From Guyparkeria sp. (GTDB lineage Bacteria > Pseudomonadota > Gammaproteobacteria > Halothiobacillales > Halothiobacillaceae): a stretch of DNA of 64,000 bases. A program made the translations under genes and the position numbers. The notes beneath the pieces are model-generated. The model saw only the letters and a program-made list of their open reading frames with translations. It had not been told where the DNA came from and searched no databases. This document shows positions 58,536-64,000 of this stretch, piece after piece; position 1 is the first letter of the stretch, and each line of letters begins with the position of its first letter. The DNA lies in NCBI RefSeq assembly GCF_046540515.1, contig NZ_JBKHFB010000001.1, forward strand, positions 2,591-66,590. Direction: 5' to 3'.

Positions 58536-59788
58536 GCCTGTGGCAACTCAACCGTCGCGGATGGCAGTGGCTGGGACAGGCCGGTGGCGCCGGCCGGCAG
58601 TGGCTGGCCGAACGCAAGGCGTTCGAAGGCGCGAGGGACGTCGGTAGCGGCATTTCGCTGGACCGCTCGTTCGTGATCGCGCTGCTGGCCCTGTTGTCGA
58701 TCGGGATGGTGATGGTCGCCTCGGCCACCCTCGGCATGGGCGATTCCGCGGCCGCCGGGCGGGGCCTGCTGATCCGGCAGGCCGCCGCCCTGGTCGTCGG
58801 CCTGGTCGCGATGGTGCTGCTGCTGATGGTGCCGCTGCGCCATTTCGTCTCCTTGCGCAACGTCATCCTGCTGCTCTCGTTCCTGTTGCTGATGGTGCTG
58901 TTCGTCCCCGGCGTGGCGCACACCGTCAACGGGGCGACGCGCTGGATCGATCTCGGGTTCGTCCGGCTTCAGGCCAGCGAGTTCGCCCGGCTGGGCATGA
59001 TCGTCTGGATGGCCGCCTATCTCGGCGTTCACCTCGACAAGGTGCAGACGCGTATCCGCGGCATGCTGGCCCCGGTGATAGTGATCGCGCTTGCTTCGAC
59101 CCTGCTCATGCTCCAGCCCGACTACGGCAACACGCTGGTGCTCGGTACGACGCTGTTCGCCATGGCCTGGCTGATGCGCGCCCAGTTGCAGACCATGCTG
59201 ATGCTGATCGCCGTCGGCGGGGCGCTGGCCGTGGCGGGCGTGTTCTCGGCCCAGTACCGGATCGACCGCCTGCTCTCGTTCTCCAATCCCTTCGCCGATC
59301 CCTTCGGCGACGGTTACCAGCTGGTCAACGCCCTGATCGCCATCGGCACCGGCGGGTTGTTCGGCCGCGGGCCGGGCGAGAGCGTGCAGAAGCTCGCCTA
59401 CCTGCCCGAGGCCCACACCGACTTCATCTTCGCCGTCTACGCCGAGGAGTTCGGTCTGTTCGGCGTGATCGCCCTGCTGGGACTCTACGGCGTGCTGGTG
59501 TGGCGCGGTTTCGTGATCGCGCGGATGGCCTGGACGGTCAAGCACTACACCGGAGCGGCGTTGGCCTGGGGCATCAGCACGTGGATCGGCATGCAGACCC
59601 TGATCAACATGGGCGTGAACATGGGCCTGCTGCCCACCAAGGGCCTGACCCTGCCGTTGATCAGCTACGGCGGTTCGGCGATGGTCGCGACCCTGCTGGC
59701 CATGGGGCTGATCCTGCGCGTGCACCACGAGGCCAGCCGGGCCATGGCCGAGGCGGGCATAAAGGACGTTCGGGAGGTGACCCGATGA
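58532..59788 (+). CDS. ftsW: SEDS peptidoglycan polymerase
   Basis: NGATRWI, Q.SEF, QPDYG, GYQL, YLPEAHTDFIF, PTKGLTLP.ISYGGS. Confidence 0.96.
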   Translation: MSLWQLNRRGWQWLGQAGGAGRQWLAERKAFEGARDVGSGISLDRSFVIALLALLSIGMVMVASATLGMGDSAAAGRGLLIRQAAALVVGLVAMVLLLMVPLRHFVSLRNVILLLSFLLLMVLFVPGVAHTVNGATRWIDLGFVRLQASEFARLGMIVWMAAYLGVHLDKVQTRIRGMLAPVIVIALASTLLMLQPDYGNTLVLGTTLFAMAWLMRAQLQTMLMLIAVGGALAVAGVFSAQYRIDRLLSFSNPFADPFGDGYQLVNALIAIGTGGLFGRGPGESVQKLAYLPEAHTDFIFAVYAEEFGLFGVIALLGLYGVLVWRGFVIARMAWTVKHYTGAALAWGISTWIGMQTLINMGVNMGLLPTKGLTLPLISYGGSAMVATLLAMGLILRVHHEASRAMAEAGIKDVREVTR

Positions 59789-60914
59789 GCCGCGCGCTGA
59801 TCTACGTGATGGCCGGCGGGACCGGCGGGCATGTCGTGCCGGCCCTGGCCGTGGCTGCCGAACTGGCCGGACGCGGCTACGCCATCCGCTGGATGGGGAC
59901 CGAGCGCGGCATCGAGTCGCGCCTGGTACCCGAGGCCGGCTACCCGATCGATTATCTCGATATCGGGGGATTGCGCGGCAAGGGGCTGGGCACCCGCCTG
60001 GCCGCCCCGTTCCGATTGTTGCGTGCCGTCTGGCAGGCCGGCGGCCTGTTGCGTCGTCATCGGCCGGCACTGGTGATCGGCATGGGCGGCTTTGCCGCCG
60101 GCCCGGGCGGGCTGGCCGCCTGGCTGCTGCGCCGCCCGCTGGTGATCCACGAACAGAACGCGATTGCCGGGCTGACCAACCGCGTGCTCTCCCGCCTGGC
60201 CCGCGTGACACTGGCCGCCTACCCGAAGGCCTTCGGCCGCACCCTGCCGTCGGGCCAGGTAGTGGGCAACCCCGTGCGCCCCGAGATCGCTGCCTTGCCC
60301 GAACCGGCCGAACGGTTCGCTGGCCGCGAGGGCCCGCTGCGCGTGCTGGTTCTCGGCGGCAGCCTGGGGGCGCAGGCCCTCAACGAATCCGTGCCGCAGG
60401 CCCTGGCCCGCATCAGCCAGCGCGTCGATCTGACCGTGCGTCATCAGGCCGGTCCGCGCCATCTCGACACGGCGGTCGGTCACTACGACTCGGCCGACTG
60501 GGGTGCGGGCAGTCGCCACGAGGTGACCGGCTACATCGACGACATGGCCGAGGCCTTCGGCTGGGCGGACTTCGTCATCGCCCGTGCCGGGGCCATGACG
60601 GTCGCCGAGATCGCCGCGGCGGGCCTCGGCTCGCTGTTCATCCCGTTCCCGCATGCCGTGGACGATCACCAGCGGTTCAATGCCGCCTGGCTGGTCGACC
60701 AGGGTGCCGCCCGTCTGCTGAACCAGCGCGAGGCCGATGTGGACACGCTGACGCGCCTGCTCGGTTCGTTGCTGGCCGATCGGGCCGCCCTGCTCGACAT
60801 GGCCCGTCGCGCCCGCGAGGCCGCCGTGCCGGACAGTACCGCGCGGATCGCCGCACTCTGCGAGGAGGTGATCGGCGCGCAAACCACGGACAACCAACCC
60901 GGGGAGGGCCGGTA

Positions 60915-60915
<1 letters not shown>
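59785..60915 (+). CDS. murG: Lipid II GlcNAc transferase
   Basis: AGGTGGHV.P, HEQN, GNPVR, GGSLGA, RAGAMTVAE, DDHQ..NA. Confidence 0.97.
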
Positions 60916-62347
<1,432 letters not shown>

Positions 62348-62351
<4 letters not shown>

Positions 62352-63340
62352 ATGCACAGGCACATGCCCTGGGGCGCGTGATGGTGCTGATGGGCGGCTG
62401 GTCGGCCGAGCGCGAGGTTTCGCTCGCCAGCGGCCGGGCGGTCCACGAGGCCCTGATCGCACGCGGCGTGGACGCGATCGCCGTCGATCTCGATCGCGCC
62501 GGTGCCCGCGGGCTTGGCCGGCGCCTGGCCGAGGAGCGCATCGATCGGGTCTTCATCGCCCTGCATGGCCGGGGCGGCGAAGACGGCCAGATCCAGGCAT
62601 TGCTCGACCTGGCCGAGGTGCCGTACACCGGCAGTGGCATGGCCGCCTCGGCGGTCGGTATGGACAAGGTGTTGTGCAAGCGCATCTGGCAGGGCGCGGG
62701 TCTGGACACGCCGGCGTTCGCAGTGGTCGAGAACGCGGCCGATGCCCGGTCGGCCGCCGAACGGTTCGGCTGGCCGGTGATCGTCAAGCCGACCGCGGAC
62801 GGGTCGAGCGTCGGCGTGAGCAAGGTCGACGGCCCCGACGGGGTCGAGGCGGCATTCCGGGCGGCCGCCGCCCACGGCGCGGTGATGGTCGAGCAGTTCG
62901 TTTTCGGCGGCGAGTACACGGTCGCCCTCCTGGGCGACCGGAGCCTGCCGGCGATCCGCATCGAGGCGAGCGCCGAGCACGCCTTCTACGACTACCAGGC
63001 CAAGTACGAGGCGGACGATACCGGCTACCGGATTCCCTGCGGCCTGCCGGCCGAGGAAGAAGCGAGGCTGGCCGATGTGGCCCGACAGGCGTTCGCCCTG
63101 ATCGGCGCGCGCGGCTGGGGCCGGGTGGATTTCATGCGGGATGCCGAGGGACGTCACTGGCTGATCGAGGTCAACACCGTTCCCGGCATGACCAGCCACT
63201 CGCTGGTGCCGATGGCGGCCCGCGCGGTGGGCGTGGACTTCCCGGACCTGTGTGTCGCCATTCTCGAGCAGACCCTGGGCAACCGGGCCGAACCCGGCGA
63301 GGTATCCACGGGGGGTGAGTCGGCTGATGGAGCGAGTTGA
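62348..63340 (+). CDS. ddl: D-alanine--D-alanine ligase
   Basis: GG.SAEREVSL.SG, ALHGRGGEDG, GSSVG, FYDY.AKY, EVNTVPGMT. Confidence 0.96.
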
Positions 63341-64000
63341 TGGCAACGCGACGCGCCTCGCGGGTAAGGCCCCGTGGACCGAGCTGGCAGGAACGTTGGG
63401 CGGCGTTCGCCGCCGGCCTGCGCGTGTCGCTGCGATGGGCCTGGCGGATCGGTCTGTGGTTGGCCTTTCTCGCCGCCGTGGTGCTGGTTTCACAGCGGGT
63501 CTGGATGAAGCTTCAGACGCCGGTATCGCAGCTGGAGGTCGAGGGTGCCAACCGTTTCGTGACCGAGCAGCAGGTGCGACAGGAGCTCTGGCCGGCGCTG
63601 GGGCAGGGCATCTGGGCGGTGGATATCGAGACCTTGCGCGAGCGGCTGCTGGAGGATGCCTGGCTCACCGAGGTGCGCATTACGCGCCAGTGGCCGGACC
63701 GATTGCTGGTGAGCCTGCAGACGCACCAGCCGATCGCCACCTGGAACGAGGATCGGTTGCTGAGTGCCTCGGGCGAGGTGTTCTCACCCGAACGGCGCCC
63801 GCTCGAGCCGGAGTTGCCAAGGCTTTCCGGACCGACCGGCAGCCAGTGGGCGGTCTGGGAGCGCTACACAAGCCTCAGGCCGGTGCTGGCTGCCGTGGGG
63901 CTGGAGCTGGCCGGCGTGACCATGAGCGCGCGCGGCTCGCTGAGTCTTGCGCTGGCCTCGGGTGCGGTCATCCATGCCGGGCGGCAATCGCTGGAGGCGC
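63340..64000 (+). CDS. ftsQ: Cell division protein FtsQ (3' end runs off the window)
   Basis: Manual translation from the TGATG overlap: MATRRASR..., a TM helix, then PVSQLEVEG...VDIE.LR..L...W...V.I.RQWPDRL.V.L..HQPIA.WN (POTRA domain). Confidence 0.92.
   Translation, partial: MATRRASRVRPRGPSWQERWAAFAAGLRVSLRWAWRIGLWLAFLAAVVLVSQRVWMKLQTPVSQLEVEGANRFVTEQQVRQELWPALGQGIWAVDIETLRERLLEDAWLTEVRITRQWPDRLLVSLQTHQPIATWNEDRLLSASGEVFSPERRPLEPELPRLSGPTGSQWAVWERYTSLRPVLAAVGLELAGVTMSARGSLSLALASGAVIHAGRQSLEA

Overview
GC-rich, largely housekeeping chromosomal segment of a Gammaproteobacterium. Many proteins are strongly acidic, which suggests a halophile; a Halothiobacillaceae/Guyparkeria-like organism is a guess from gene content, not something the sequence establishes. 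Gene order: partial pepA; an ActP-type Na+/solute symporter with its DUF4212 partner and a cNMP-CBS-DUF294 nucleotidyltransferase; GlcG/HbpS protein; CDF transporter; cnoX/ybbN; parE-tamA-tamB-Zn peptidase-IMPase/hisN; uppP; maf-yceD-rpmF-plsX-fabH-CYTH; uvrY-uvrC; a large MscS; a DUF3365 cytochrome c; DUF1134; dcd; HAD-rppH-ptsP; tRNA Pro-Arg-His; a FlhB-like/FliK-like pair; fleQ-fliEFGHIJK; hns; an orphan helical protein; RNase P RNA; and the dcw cluster mraZ to ftsQ (partial). I found no transposase, integrase, phage gene or CRISPR array. The most unusual signals are non-coding. (i) A dispersed family of short inverted-repeat elements (3909-4000, 26174-26220, 30199-30289) shares termini GGA...TG(C/T)AC(C/G)A(A/T)T; one copy has a 4-bp target-site duplication, and each lies 42-54 nt upstream of a membrane or envelope gene. 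(ii) A ~200-nt highly structured leader with kissing-loop potential precedes the DUF4212-actP operon. (iii) Additional, oppositely oriented MraZ-box arrays and FleQ-box-like sites are present.
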